Assembly (NCBI GenBank): GCA_002633005.1
Contig: NMRA01000295.1
Span: forward strand, 18,105-82,104
Reading direction: 5' to 3'
DNA from: Phoronis australis
Taxonomy: Eukaryota; Animalia; Phoronida
DNA: 64,000 bases
This document shows, piece by piece, positions 40,063 to 52,377 of this stretch. The notes under the pieces were generated by a model. It did not search any database, was not told where the DNA came from, and saw only the letters and a program-made list of their open reading frames with translations. A program made the position numbers and the translations under genes. Position 1 is the first letter of the stretch; every line of letters starts with the position of its first letter.

Positions 40063-40237
40063 TAAGATCAGATGAGCATAGTAATGTTTTTAAACCCCAA
40101 AGCAGTTTTGTGGTTTAAGAATTCCACATTGACAGCTAGACAACAGTAAAATGCCTGCTCAGATGTGTGATTTAACCACTCGTGTTTTCTGTTTCTTCAG
40201 TTTTTCATTTTTTCCATTCTCTTTGCTGGTCTTTCAG

Positions 40238-40368
40238 GACATTGTTACTGACTTGGTGGCCAATGGTGGCGCTCTTGACACTATTAATGAATTGGCCAAT
40301 AGGATTGTGAAGGCAGGCCACAGCCAACAGGGGGCTATAGTGAAGCGACAGCAGGATATCAACACTAG
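40238..40368 (+). CDS. SPTBN5: beta-heavy spectrin exon 4
   Basis: Long polypyrimidine tract, acceptor tttcag, donor gtgact. Encodes DIVTDLVANGGALDTINELANRIVKAGHSQQGAIVKRQQDINT(R), phase 0/2. Confidence 0.92.
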
Positions 40369-41182
40369 GTGACTCACAGTTGTGTGGCTACTTTGAAAGA
40401 CGTCACCATATAAAAGTTGTAACATGAATATTTACTAAGTATGCAGAGATGTGGTAGAGATATCTTTAGGCCTTTGATTGCAGTTTTTAAACTATATACT
40501 TAAAAGTATAGAGCAATTAAATAAATGATCTTAAGTAATATTTAATCAGTAGTATAGTTGTTCTATCTGTGATCCAGGCTCAATGACTTGTCATTAAGTA
40601 TTGGGTTGTGAATGTATATATTCTGGTATAATCAAAATATGGAGGAATTGCATTGCGTATTTCATATTTTAAGTTCGATGCTTGATCTGTGCTCTTGATC
40701 TTGTATGGAGAGAGCATTATTTTCTGTTTTCGAAAAAAAGAAAAATCAATTTTAGCAAACTTAGAATTAATTTTTTCTATTTTGTAAAGTTAGCAAATTC
40801 CATTTGAATTTTAAATTGATAACATGACAGTGATGTGGGAATTGCCTTAGTTGATCGTGCCACAATTCTGTTTTGCGTATTAGTTAATTGTTCAAAACTG
40901 TAAAACGGCACCTTCGGAAAAAATAAGCAACTACTTGAGATGTCTGCTGCTTGGTTTGTTGCCTTAATTGTTGAATTTGATGGATTACATTTCTTGTTTT
41001 TGGTAATTATGACAAAAAATATTGAAATTGTGACATCTGCTACTGAACTATGAGAATTCAGATTCCATAAGTCTGGTGCCTTTTCCATTATCGCTGAAAC
41101 CAGTGTCTCTGTGTATAACAGTTGTGGTATCTCAAAATGATATCAAAGTCAAAATTTCTATAATGTCATTTGTTTTCATTAG

Positions 41183-41434
41183 GTGGCAGAACTTAAACCA
41201 TTTAAAAATGGAACGAGAAAAAACACTAGAGGGTGCTTCCAGCATCGAACTGTTCCAGAGAACATGCGACGAGACTAAATCATGGGTGCAGGAGAAGTTA
41301 AGTATGGCAGCCATTGATGACCAGGGTCGTGACCTCAACAGTGTTCAGAACCTGCAACGGAAACATCAGATGCTTGAAAGGGAGATAATCCCAGTGGAGG
41401 CAAAGTTAGACAAGGTGGAACTGCTTGCTTCTTC
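41183..41434 (+). CDS. SPTBN5: beta-heavy spectrin exon 5
   Basis: Acceptor cattag, donor gtaagt. Encodes WQNLNHLKMEREKTLEGASSIELFQRTCDETKSWVQEK...GRDLNSVQNLQRKHQMLEREIIPVEAKLDKVELLAS. The LEGASSxELF.RTCDE segment matches karst/beta-H spectrin as I recall it. Confidence 0.95.
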
Positions 41435-42495
41435 GTAAGTTCTTTCTTGTGACACCAGAATTATGTGGGAAGAATGTGTTCATCCATGAAGATTATGAAT
41501 ATGTCTGTTGTCTGTTTGTGGAGAACAATGTCTTGTAACACTTTCTAGTAAAGGGCTCATGACAAACCTGGAAGTGTGAAAAAAATGTGAAAATGGGATA
41601 TCTAGGTTTTTATACCAGCCTTGAAAGGCCGATATAACCGTTAAATAACCCATTTAGTTATTTAACGGCATTAAATAACATTTTGGCGGGAAACCGAGGT
41701 CAGTTTCAAACCCGCTTCGCAAGAGTTTCGAGTCGTCGACTGCACCACGCAGCAGCTGACGTGATCAAATGGGAAAAAATACTTAAATGAACACGCACAA
41801 CAGTCGCTAGTTCAACAAACCGCATGTTACCAACATTTATATGCCATGAAAACTAAGACGCACAATTTCAATAAACGACATCTTTAATTTAGTAAAATTT
41901 ATCTGTCATTTTCTCTCACTTGTAAATCATCATCGATGTTCAGTTTGAATGCGAGTAATGTGTCATTGGGATGCTTTCAATTGGACATTATACTAAGTAA
42001 CCATTGGTAACCTACTTTAGCCAATGATATTTCCACAGTGGAAGCTTAGCATGGAAAGATGCGAAGTAAGTTAGACTAGTTGTAGTAAGTTAGACTAGTC
42101 GCTTGAAAATTATTTTACAGATTCACTTTATTTCTATTTTGTTTCATTTTTTGTTTGGTTTTAAGTAAAAACGTCATTTTAAAAAGAAAAACTCGGCGTT
42201 TCTTAAAAGCTCATGACCTTCGACTCCAGGCCTCTGACATAGAAAGTTACAAAAGCCGAGGCGAGTCGAGAAAGGTGGATTGATTCATTGCAATGTTCGT
42301 CGTTCAGTATGTGGTATAAATAGATTATTACATGTTCTCAGTCGTTATCCCCCTTATCTGGAGCCCTCATGAATTTTGTAGAATTGTAATTCTCCAAAAT
42401 CCACTCGAGCCCTAGATTACGGGGGATAACGACTTCGCCATTTAATAATGTATATTTATCTCTAAACTTTAGATGATATACTGGATGTTTTACAG

Positions 42496-42655
42496 TGTGA
42501 AAACCTCATACCCAAATGAGGCGGCTTTTGTTAATGGAAAACACAAAGAACTAAAGTCTTTGTGGAAATCGCTTCAGTCTCGTGTCAAGGACAGACGGCA
42601 GCAATTAGACAGCGCAGAAAAAGTGGCCATCTTTAACGAGGCCCTTCATGACTTG
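42496..42655 (+). CDS. SPTBN5: beta-heavy spectrin exon 6
   Basis: Acceptor ttacag, donor gtgaga. Encodes (S)VKTSYPNEAAFVNGKHKELKSLWKSLQSRVKDRRQQLDSAEKVAIFNEALHDL, phase 2/0. Confidence 0.93.
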
Positions 42656-42949
42656 GTGAGAACCTTAAGTTTGTTTAATGTTACAGTTCTGTTGGTTTGG
42701 ATTTAGTACTATTGCAGGCTACTGCATACCATGTTTTAACAAGGACCTGAATGAGTTATGGTTGGAATCTGAAGGGTTTATAACCACATCATGATTACTT
42801 TTGGGGGGATTATATTACATGAATGGTTACCAGTAACTTTTAGTGACATTGGTCACTATTTTGGTCTATTAAACTTCATTAAAAATCTGTCCTTTTTATT
42901 GTTTGAATACCAAAATAACTGGAGCTACTGAAGAGGTTTTACCTGCTGC

Positions 42950-43690
42950 TTATTTATTTATTTTATTTATTAATGTAATATTTACAATAAGGGTAGCCCA
43001 ATCAGTTCACCCTGCATTCCATGGGGGCTCTCAGTAAAAACAGATTAGTAAGATAAAAACAGAATTACAAAATGAAAGACAATATTTAAATAATAATCAA
43101 AGAAAAAGAAATTAACACGGAAAGACTGATGAAACAAAATAAAAATATAATAAATAAAATATGATTAATAGAAGATAAAGAAATTAAGACAAGATAATAA
43201 ACTAAAATATAAATATAAATAATTAAAAACAAACAATAAATAATTAATAAAAGTAAGACATGGTACAAATATACACGCATGTATAAACATGCACTCTTAC
43301 ACACACATACATAAACATACATATGTACATATAGAAAAACACATACATAAACACAAACATACACGTGAATACACAACTACACACACACACATACATGTAC
43401 ACATGACTAAAAATAGTCTGATATGGGGATACTGAATCTAAAATTGCTAAACAGAACACATCTACATGAAGTTAAATCTATTTTGTTATAATTCCTTTAA
43501 AGGTTATAAAGGATGATGTAGATTTGGCATCTGCAGGGAGAGAGTTCCATAAATAGGGCCCGCTGTAGGAAAATGATTTTTTCCCAGTTTCGCTTCTGCG
43601 TTTAGGAACATTGAAATCAGATGATGATGAGGACCTAGTATTGTAGCGATTAGTATTGTAGCTTCTTTGTCTTGCTATCTCTATCAAGCC
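42950..43690 (-). mobile_element. 3' end of a CR1/L2-type LINE
   Basis: ORF tail YNTRSSSSSDFNVPKRRSETGKKSFSYSGPYLWNSLP...FITFK, followed by a 3' UTR and an (AATA)n tail on the minus strand. Confidence 0.85.
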
Positions 43691-44237
43691 AATGTCTCAC
43701 TGTGACAAATGGAATGTGCACTTAAAAGTGTACATTCCATTTGTCACAGATATTCTGTATGCTGTGCAGTAAATGGACTAAAGGTAACTTGTATTTAATT
43801 CCTCATGTTGCTGAAAAGTCCAAAAATATTATTACTAGTAACTAGTTGATTCCTTTTGTGATTTAAAATATTTTTGTCTTATAGCGCATTGGCCTATTTT
43901 AAGTGTATATTTTATCACGTTTTGATAGAAAATATGCTTGACTGGACATTTAATTTGGTTGTAAATATTTTCTATTTCGTTATTAAGTGTACGGTGACTA
44001 GAGTGTGCAATGTATGGTTTTGTTGAATCTCCTGAAGTATATATTAAAGGTACTTCTGATATTTACAACACTGTGTAATATTGTGTGTAATTCCTTCATA
44101 CATTTCCTTTTGATAACATTCTTACTTCATCATCATATTCAAAGGTAAACTGGATAGATATAGAAATGAAACAAAAAAAGCTTTTCATTATCAACCCAAA
44201 ATAGTATGTTGATGAAATCATAAAACCAGTTGTCAAT

Positions 44238-44457
44238 AGGTTGGCAGGCATTGGGTTGGCAGGCAGTGGGTTGGCAGGCAGTGGGTTGGCAGGCATTGGG
44301 TTAGCAGGCAGTGGGTTGGCAGGCTGTGGGTTGGCAGGCATTGGGTTAGCAGGCAGTGGGTTGGCAGGCTGTGGGTTGGCAGGCATTGGGTTGGCTGGCA
44401 GTGGGTTGGCAGGCAGTAAGATAGCAGGCAATACTTTAGCAGGCAGTAGGTTAGCAG
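44238..44457. repeat. 15 bp G-rich minisatellite x~14
   Basis: Unit gggttggcaggcagt. Confidence 0.95.
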
Positions 44458-45044
44458 CCTATCTTTATTGTTCAGTCTGACATTTCTTCAAATATCTTGA
44501 GATTGACTACCCTTAAAATCATTTACTAAATCTCTAGTGTTCGAAGAAATGTATTGATAATTGCATGAAAATGATAAACGAATACCCGTAGTTACATGAC
44601 TTTCTTTTTAATATGGAGTGTAGTACATTTTTCGTAGACATTACCACATGTTCCATTAACACAGAAAATTTGTATACTCTGTAGGCATAAGTTTGTTTTT
44701 GTACAAAAAATGAAAAATTACCATTTTTTCATGGAGCATCCCAAATGTTCATTGTGTAGTTCTATTGCAAAGAAGTTAACAATGAAAGTAAATGACTGGT
44801 TAACAAGGGACTTCCATTACGTAAATGAATTTATATAATGTTACATACTGAAATTATAATTTGTCCCACACGCGTTGAATCTGTCAAGGGAATTACAGAG
44901 ATGTAATAAAGTTTTCCTGACATGGAAGTTTCAAAAGGTAGGTCAATGTCGACTCCACTTCGGTAGCCGGTTAGATCATCAAACTTTCGCAAAATATCAA
45001 GTAATACAATTGTAGCAGTGTAAATACCACTCAACATGTAACCA

Positions 45045-45448
45045 GGGTCCGGTCTCTAATCTTTGTACACGAAACAAACTCAAAACTATTTTTGGCAATT
45101 TCTCTGCTCCTTTTGTGCGAACTTAAGATAATTGCTTATCAGACTGTGCTCGAATACATTATAGTTTATGCATAGGAGTTTCTAGTTCAAGTTTGCCCTT
45201 GAAGACCGTTATATTCGTGCTACAAACTCGAGTAAAAACTCGAAATTTCGAGTTAAAAACTCGAACTTATTGCTTTAATAATGGGTTTAAAAACTGTGAA
45301 CTAAGGGCAATAAATTATCTACGTAAGTTATTGTGTACTCGAGCATAGAATAATAGACACATATCTTGAGTTCGCCCAAAAGTAGATTAGAAAATGCCAA
45401 ACCTAATTTCAAGTTCTATTTCCAGTAAAAAGATTGGAGACCGGGCCC
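45045..45448. mobile_element. PIF/Harbinger-like MITE, imperfect palindrome
   Basis: Termini (ca)GGGTCCGGTCTCTAATCTTT and AAAGATTGGAGACCGGGCCC(tg). The arms stay complementary well into the interior. Confidence 0.7.
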
Positions 45449-46652
45449 TGGTCTCAGTTGTAACATCTGGAACAGGACTGATAATTATATGACAGTTCTG
45501 TCTCAGTTTTCAATTTCTATATATTATATCGTCTGCAACTCAGACACCGATTCCTCCCCAATATCAGACATTGTCACTGACCATGACAGCACCCGATACT
45601 ATCGGCGACGGTATTACACGAGCAGCAACGACGACTGTCCCAGCAAAACGTGAACCTATCCATGCTACAGAATCCGTAGCCAGCCAGCTACATGTAGCTG
45701 TATCAACAGACTGTCGTATATTTAGTATACAGCTTTGTACCAAGGCTACAGAATACGTAGAAATGCGACAACGTACCAGCAACAACGCTACAACAGGCAT
45801 ATTCGCTGGAGCTGTCATCAACGGCGGCAATTTAACATCTTCGTGAAAACAGATGACATGAAGGCTACGCGCTCCGGTCAATGACCTAGTTTCATGAATG
45901 AGTGCAGCTACCCAATGAGGATTTTACAATGTTATAAAAATTCTTGTTATTTATTTATTTTCGAAATATCGTACAAGTTCAATGCAAGATAACTGTTGTT
46001 TTCACATTTTTTATCAATTTCAAGTAATAAACCGTTACATTTAAAACTGGTTTTTTACTAAATAATAAGTTAGCAACATAACGCGCACATACATACACAA
46101 CAGGTTGTGATTAGCCACATAAACAGTCAGGGTGAATTATTTATAAAATGCCAAAAGAAAACAAAAAGAAACTCACGAATTTGATGCGTATGGATAAATA
46201 CAAAATGTACCTCGAGTTGTGTACATGAAATGATATCCCACGAGACATTATTCTGCGTATCGACAGAGACCTGTGTCAAATATTTGTTCCTGCTATCATG
46301 ATACTAACTAAAGGTTGTTACAAAACGTTGACATGATATCTCAGAAAGGTAGCCGTACATTTTGTTCATAGTTTGTACCTAGATATAATTTAGGCATCTC
46401 CGAGCCCCCACTCAAACTTGTTGACCTTGACCTCATTTTTGCGGTCGCTGGCAGAAATGTTGAAGCTGCATCACATGCATTGCAACCACGGAGCAGAATA
46501 ACCAATGCAAATGGCACAAATTGTTTGTAGATAGCCATGAATTGGGATTGGCTCTTTCTGTTCTCCGTGGGACAATTGTTGGAGATGATCAGACAGTTGT
46601 TTCTGCACCCACTATATTCAGTTACCGTTGGATGCGAACTGTGTAGAATTAA

Positions 46653-48491
46653 AGGAGAATGCCACCCAAAAAAACAACCTATTTCGTATCAAATTAGATC
46701 GAATAGTTCTACTCAATAACGGCACATTCAGTTGCGTTACCCGACAGCAGACTGAGGTGTTGAAATTATCCAACAACGTCATTGGTTTCACACGCAGTCT
46801 GTTCAGCAGTTCACAACACGGGTTACTGGTGTCAGCTTATCACTTGAATTCATTGTTTAACACCAATAAATCACCAAACTTTGATGTAAAACTCTGAAAA
46901 ATACACCGAGTTCTTATAAAAAGGTGTTGTTTTATTTCGCTGTTACGGATTTATTGGTGTTTGGACACAACATAGCCAACAAAGTTTGGCAGGCCAATTT
47001 ACCAAGGTCCGTAGCAGGAGTTTGGGGTCTGTTCGGAAATAAATTCGAAGTATTCTTCTGTGAAATACAGACAAGAGAACTCAGATCTGTGTTGTGATTT
47101 TTTGAGTTCTAAACACAAAACACTTGTTATCCCGGCCAGTCGGGCTCGAAACCCGATCAGGCCCGTCGCGGCTGGACTGACTCGTTATCCTGGCCAGTGG
47201 CTCGGAACCCGATCAGGCCCGTCACGGCCGGCGGGACTGGCACGAACATAAACCAGCTTGAGTTGGAAACTAAACCTGCTCCAGTCACGAAAAGACTATA
47301 ATATTCAGTGCTATAGTGGTAAAAGTAGAGGTAAGTAGGCGCCGAAATCCCACTGTCTGTATCACCTTGAGCACTGAACTTAACTTACAGTGCGTAGGCG
47401 CTATGTTCAAATGCCAAAAAGTGGTTGGTTGTGCCTACGTGTGCCTACGCCCCACTATAACACTCATAATAGAAGAAATAATGTGCACGTAATTATTTAC
47501 GTGAATTAGCCACAAAACTGAAAATCTACTTGTAGGGAGCCGCGAAGTCGGGTTCCCCTTCCACAGACCGTCAGGGCAAAGGTTGTACATTAACAATGAT
47601 TTGAGTTAAATAAAGATTCCTCTAACATGTGACCGTAGCATATAAAATCGAGTAATTGTTTCAGCTTTCTGTCAGCAAACATTGAATTAGCATGCGCTCA
47701 CACGGCTTCCGTGCCCGGTCAATTACCTTAAATTCATTGCCGGCATGAAAAGCCGGTAACGCTGTGGTTTATTCATTGTTGGCTTTTCAACATTTGCTCT
47801 CACGAATACTGCAAAGGCATTACAAATTGTATGTAATGAGACAGACTTTGTTTCAGTTTTATATAAGTATGGGTTAGGATAAGAATAATTCAATTTGAAA
47901 CAGAACGCAGAATACATGGCAACTCGCCCGGCGCCAATCCCGACTTAGTCAAGAGCTCATCCGACGAAGACTTCACGGGTCGGATCGTTAGGTTTCACAG
48001 GCTATCAATTCAAACTGCAATACACTGATCAAGAAATACTAGAGAGGCGCCATGGACTTGCACAGACAACGGAACCTATGGATAGTTCTTTGGTAAGCCG
48101 GATTACTTCAGAGAAATCACTGTCGACGAAAAGCCGGCCACAGATACGGAGATGTTTCACGGCCTCATGCTTGCTATTAACAGCGTACCTTACATTCTTC
48201 ACTACTGCGAGCCACTTCCTAAGCATTTCGAGCTCTCGAGGAAGTCGAAAAAACGATGTACCCGCTTTCTTTGCAGCTTCATAGTTCGGACAAGCGGGAA
48301 CGATGCACTGCAATATAGCGGCATTAACTCTGCAGACGAACCACTGACATCACTGCGTTGTTTCTCACCTTCCTCACAGGTTAACGAGACACCTCTCGGC
48401 AAGGTGAGGTCGACCGTATGAGAGGCGATGTGGATATAGACCGATTAAGACAGTAAAAAAGACTAATTGGTAAATCGGGTGGCATTCTCCT
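46653..48491 (-). mobile_element. Kolobok-type non-autonomous DNA transposon, copy 1
   Basis: TTAA at both flanks (46649-52, 48492-95), TIR AGGAGAATGCCACC / GGTGGCATTCTCCT, and an internal THAP remnant. Confidence 0.85.
48029..48316 (-). pseudogene. THAP zinc-finger domain remnant (transposase N-terminus)
   Basis: CIVPACPN...FFRLPRE...KW...LRICGRLF..SDF fits the THAP C2CH signature, but the His is lost and the start codon reads ATA. Confidence 0.8.
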
Positions 48492-48495
48492 TTAA

Positions 48496-49190
48496 ATGAA
48501 CCTGAAGGAGACACATGGATTAGTGTGCTTGATTACAAGATTATGATCCAAGAAGTTGCCAATCAAATGGTTGAGTTGAAGAAACTTGTGGTTTACTTCC
48601 TAGTACAGTGAAATTACTGGGTGATAACTAGATTCTGTTTCTGACAACATTTTTCAATCGTGTTTACTGGAGACTAAGCTTGGCTAATCCGTGGCGATCT
48701 CTTAACGTGTATAAGAAAGGAAACAGACTGGAATGCACTAATGAGGCAAAATCATTATGGAATTGTTTGGTAAGCTGTTTGCATGACTGACTGCTTGCCA
48801 ATCGCTTTTGATTATTGTCTTATCCCCAACCCGAGCAAGCAAGATCTAAGATAGGCCATGCGTGCAACAAGCAAATAGTAACAATACCACTTCTAATTAA
48901 TTCGTAAACAAACAAAGGAAAGGTTGTACTGTCCTATCATTGATTTTGAGAAGGCTTATGACAAGGTAAACAGAAACATTTTGTGAGGTGCTGAAGTAGA
49001 AAGGATGTGTATACATTGTCTTAGAGCCATTGGCCGATCGTTACGTCCGTTCATCGGCCACGTTGGTGTTTGCACTTCCACAGTGACCTCTGGTGTTAAA
49101 CAGAGAGCTGCTGCAGCTGCTCGCTATTTTCTCTTCATGGATGATACAACTATTTCCGTGTCTACCCGAGAAAATTTGTTACACTTTTAA
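48496..49190 (+). mobile_element. decayed non-LTR retrotransposon RT fragment
   Basis: Broken-frame RT motifs VYKKGNRLECTN, RLYCPIIDFEKAYDKVNRNIL*, TSGVKQ and LFMDDT. Confidence 0.8.
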
Positions 49191-51538
49191 ATTCCTGTGC
49201 TAACAGTATAGGCATAGTGAAATTTTTATTCGTGAAGGTCAATGCCGAGAATATATTAGCCATAAATTTAATAAGTTAATTGCACAACAGTCAGTACTGC
49301 TATTACTAGGAACTGAAATTATGACAAAATTTGCCTGCTTGTTCAGTCTGAAGAGAGTCAATTTTTCAAATTTTCAGCATTTTTTTAAATTGTGACACAC
49401 ATTTCACTGTTAAGAAAACGGTTTCCAGCACTTATGTGTCATCAGACTTGACTTTTGGACTCGTAGAAATGTTGTACAATTCAAGTTTTAAAAAGTTGGT
49501 CGGTGAAGAAGGTCAATAAAAACTGGAACCTCGAATGTAAGACAAACAATTCATGTGAAACTAAAGAGATTCTTTAAAAAGCTTGTGGAGCATGAAAATG
49601 CACTGAATTGATGGCTCTAATTAATAAAGCAATTAACCAAAGAAGTCTGGTGAGGAAACTGTTATAACACCCTGTACATCTGAACCAATAAGACAAGCGC
49701 AGCTACACCGGTGGCCTAACCATGCTTAACTGCCATTCCAGGAGAGCACCAATGATTGACTATAGGGTCACCAATTCTGACCTCGAAGAAATTGTGTTTT
49801 CATTCATCTTTGTGAGTTATGTTCAAAATGCTTATTTTTAATTTTTTAGGCCAATATACTTTTAAGTTAGGGCATTATGAATATTTTGGCCAGTTCTTGT
49901 CTACAGGCAGTATGCAGCTGTATTTTGTAAACCTCATGAAGGGACTTCATTAATTTTTGCAACTGTGTGTCTATGGTGATGAAATTGGTCGAAGTCAGTT
50001 TTTAGATAATTCGGCTACTGCTGGCCTGGTGATAGTGTCTATGTCTAAATTTCTTGGCGAAATTTCATGAAATTTGGCCAAAATGTTTCTATCCAGGAAA
50101 GGTGTTCTGTTCACATGGTTTTGAATGATTCTAACTGCCCCACCAGTGACAGTTTTAGCATTTTGGAAACTGTTCGTATGTCTGATCTGTGCCCCCCGCA
50201 AATGGAAGCTGGCCTGGAACATCCACATTACATAAAATATATAAAATCATTTCAATCTGGGTCTTTCTGAAAGACGCTAATCGATTAATTGATTTTGCCA
50301 CTTGTTGTCACACTCCCATAAGAGATAAAAAGCTCATAGCTTAAAAGTACCGGACACAGGGGTTTCAAACTTTCATTGTAACCGAGGATACATCTAACAA
50401 GATAAATCTGAAATGATCTCGGTACAAGTTATAACTCAAAATGATTCTAACAACCTTTTAACAAACTAAGTAACTTAATATGTACTTAATATGTACTTAA
50501 TCTGAAAATTTTAACAATGCAAATGGACCAAAACCACATAAAGTATGAAAATGGACATCCATAACTGTTACCATGGCAACTGAGTACCCATAAAGCACTT
50601 CTCCTTAGACTAGAATTTGACATGCATAATATCAAAAGTTATGAAGCTGTAAGGTTAAAGGAATTGAGTAGGCTTTACACTTCATGAAGCAATTTCAACT
50701 ATTTACTTAGCACAGTGCAAGGTGAGTTGGAACTTCATATTGAAATAAATAAAACAAAGTTGGTTTTTGTAGAGGTGTGTCTACAAATGTATGATAGTTC
50801 AATCTTCAGGCGTTACAAAGTAGTCACTGAACATGCAAAACTTGTCATGTTGGTGCCACTGGAAGTGTGTCAACTATAAGCACTTTAACACTCAATAAAT
50901 TAAATTCTGGTAAAAATTCAGATTGTACAGAATGGTAGGTAAGAATATGTGTTATTAAATTTTGCTGTAGAATATTTTTTGAACACTTTTAAACTGATAA
51001 TCTTTCCTGTGATGTTGGCTTTTGTCCTAAAAGTGAAAAAATAATTTTTGGTTAGCTGCTTCATACACTCTTGAACCCTTATTTGGGAAAATTGCATATA
51101 TTAAGCTAAATCGCCTTTAAATAGTGCACAAATCTGAACATTTCATTAGAGTTCACATGAATTATTCACATCATCCTTAAAATTGTCTTTAAGGGCATTA
51201 ACTGCTTTCATTGGTATTGGCACCAGGCAAATATGTCATCACCTGGGCCCGTGTAACCTCTGACCCACAGTCAGATGTGAATGCCCAATGGGTGAAAAGG
51301 TGTATGGATATGTCAGACAGCATTATGGTCTCTAAAATGTAATAAGTGCAAAATTGGTGATTTTTGTATCAGCCACACCACGATCACATACACAATTTGA
51401 AAGATTACCCCTAGCTGATAATTTAATGTTCTCATGAAATGACTCTTAAATCCCATGTACTCAAAAAACTCTCAAAACATGTTTTAAAAGCTATTTAGAT
51501 ATATGTTCTCAATTTTTTCCTGGTTGGTTTTATTATGT

Positions 51539-51669
51539 TAATATTCAAGAACATCAACATAGATGCCTATTTATACAATTGTAATATTCAAGAACACCAA
51601 CATAGATGCCTATTAACACAATTGTGGTAATATTCAAGAACATCAACATAGATGCCTATTAATACAATT
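51539..51669. repeat. ~44 bp tandem repeat x3
   Basis: Unit taatattcaagaacatcaacatagatgcctatt..acaattg. Confidence 0.9.
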
Positions 51670-52017
51670 TGCTGTCTTTTTCCTCAACTTGTTCATGTCT
51701 ACTTATGTCTGCTTAATTTTTTGTGGACCTGAGTGGTCAATAAATCGCCATCGCACCACCACCACCATGCACTTCACAATACATTGTTGATGCATATCAT
51801 ATTTTTAACAATCAATAAATCTAAACTGGCACGAGTAAAGTAATTAAGTACCCAAAGTGATAGTTATAAAAATGTCTGTACCAATATTTGTTATGTTCAT
51901 TTATTGTGTTTATTTATTTGAATGGGTTCGCATCATCATTGTCACAGGTACAACGAAGAAAGTGGAATTACAATGTATAATGCTGAATGCTTACCTTAAC
52001 TATGACCTTGGTTTTAG

Positions 52018-52145
52018 ATGACCTGGGTTGGTCAGATCCAGTGTGTGTTGAGTGAAGGCCAGTTACCATGGGATGTGACCAGCTCTGAGAGCCTTTTGAA
52101 GGAGCATGCTGAGTTAAGACAGGAAATCAACTCTAACAAAGAGAG
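52018..52145 (+). CDS. SPTBN5: beta-heavy spectrin exon 7
   Basis: Acceptor ttttag, donor gtgggt. Encodes MTWVGQIQCVLSEGQLPWDVTSSESLLKEHAELRQEINSNKE(R), phase 0/2. Not in the ORF track. Confidence 0.9.
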
Positions 52146-52377
52146 GTGGGTGGAGTCTGGGTTATTAGTGTGATTGACATCTGTTGGTCAAATAGAGCAT
52201 CTCAAACGGTTATTGATTTTCAAACTAAAAATAATATGTTAGTGATCTTTAAACTGAATGGTATCAGGTATTAGAAATAGATTACCACTTGATAGAAGAT
52301 TGCAGCTAATCTGTGAAATATAAAGAGCGACAAACTGTGTTTTTTGAAAGATCAGTATTTCAGAATATCAGCTGTTA

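Noticed and set aside
8615-43135. Other CTGATGA occurrences (about 8620, 11927, 18643, 43126)
   Set aside because: None has a stem II followed by GAAA, so they are not hammerheads.
50270-51413. Possible Academ-like terminus (...gattaccccta)
   Set aside because: No matching second terminus or TSD found, and the resemblance is from memory only.
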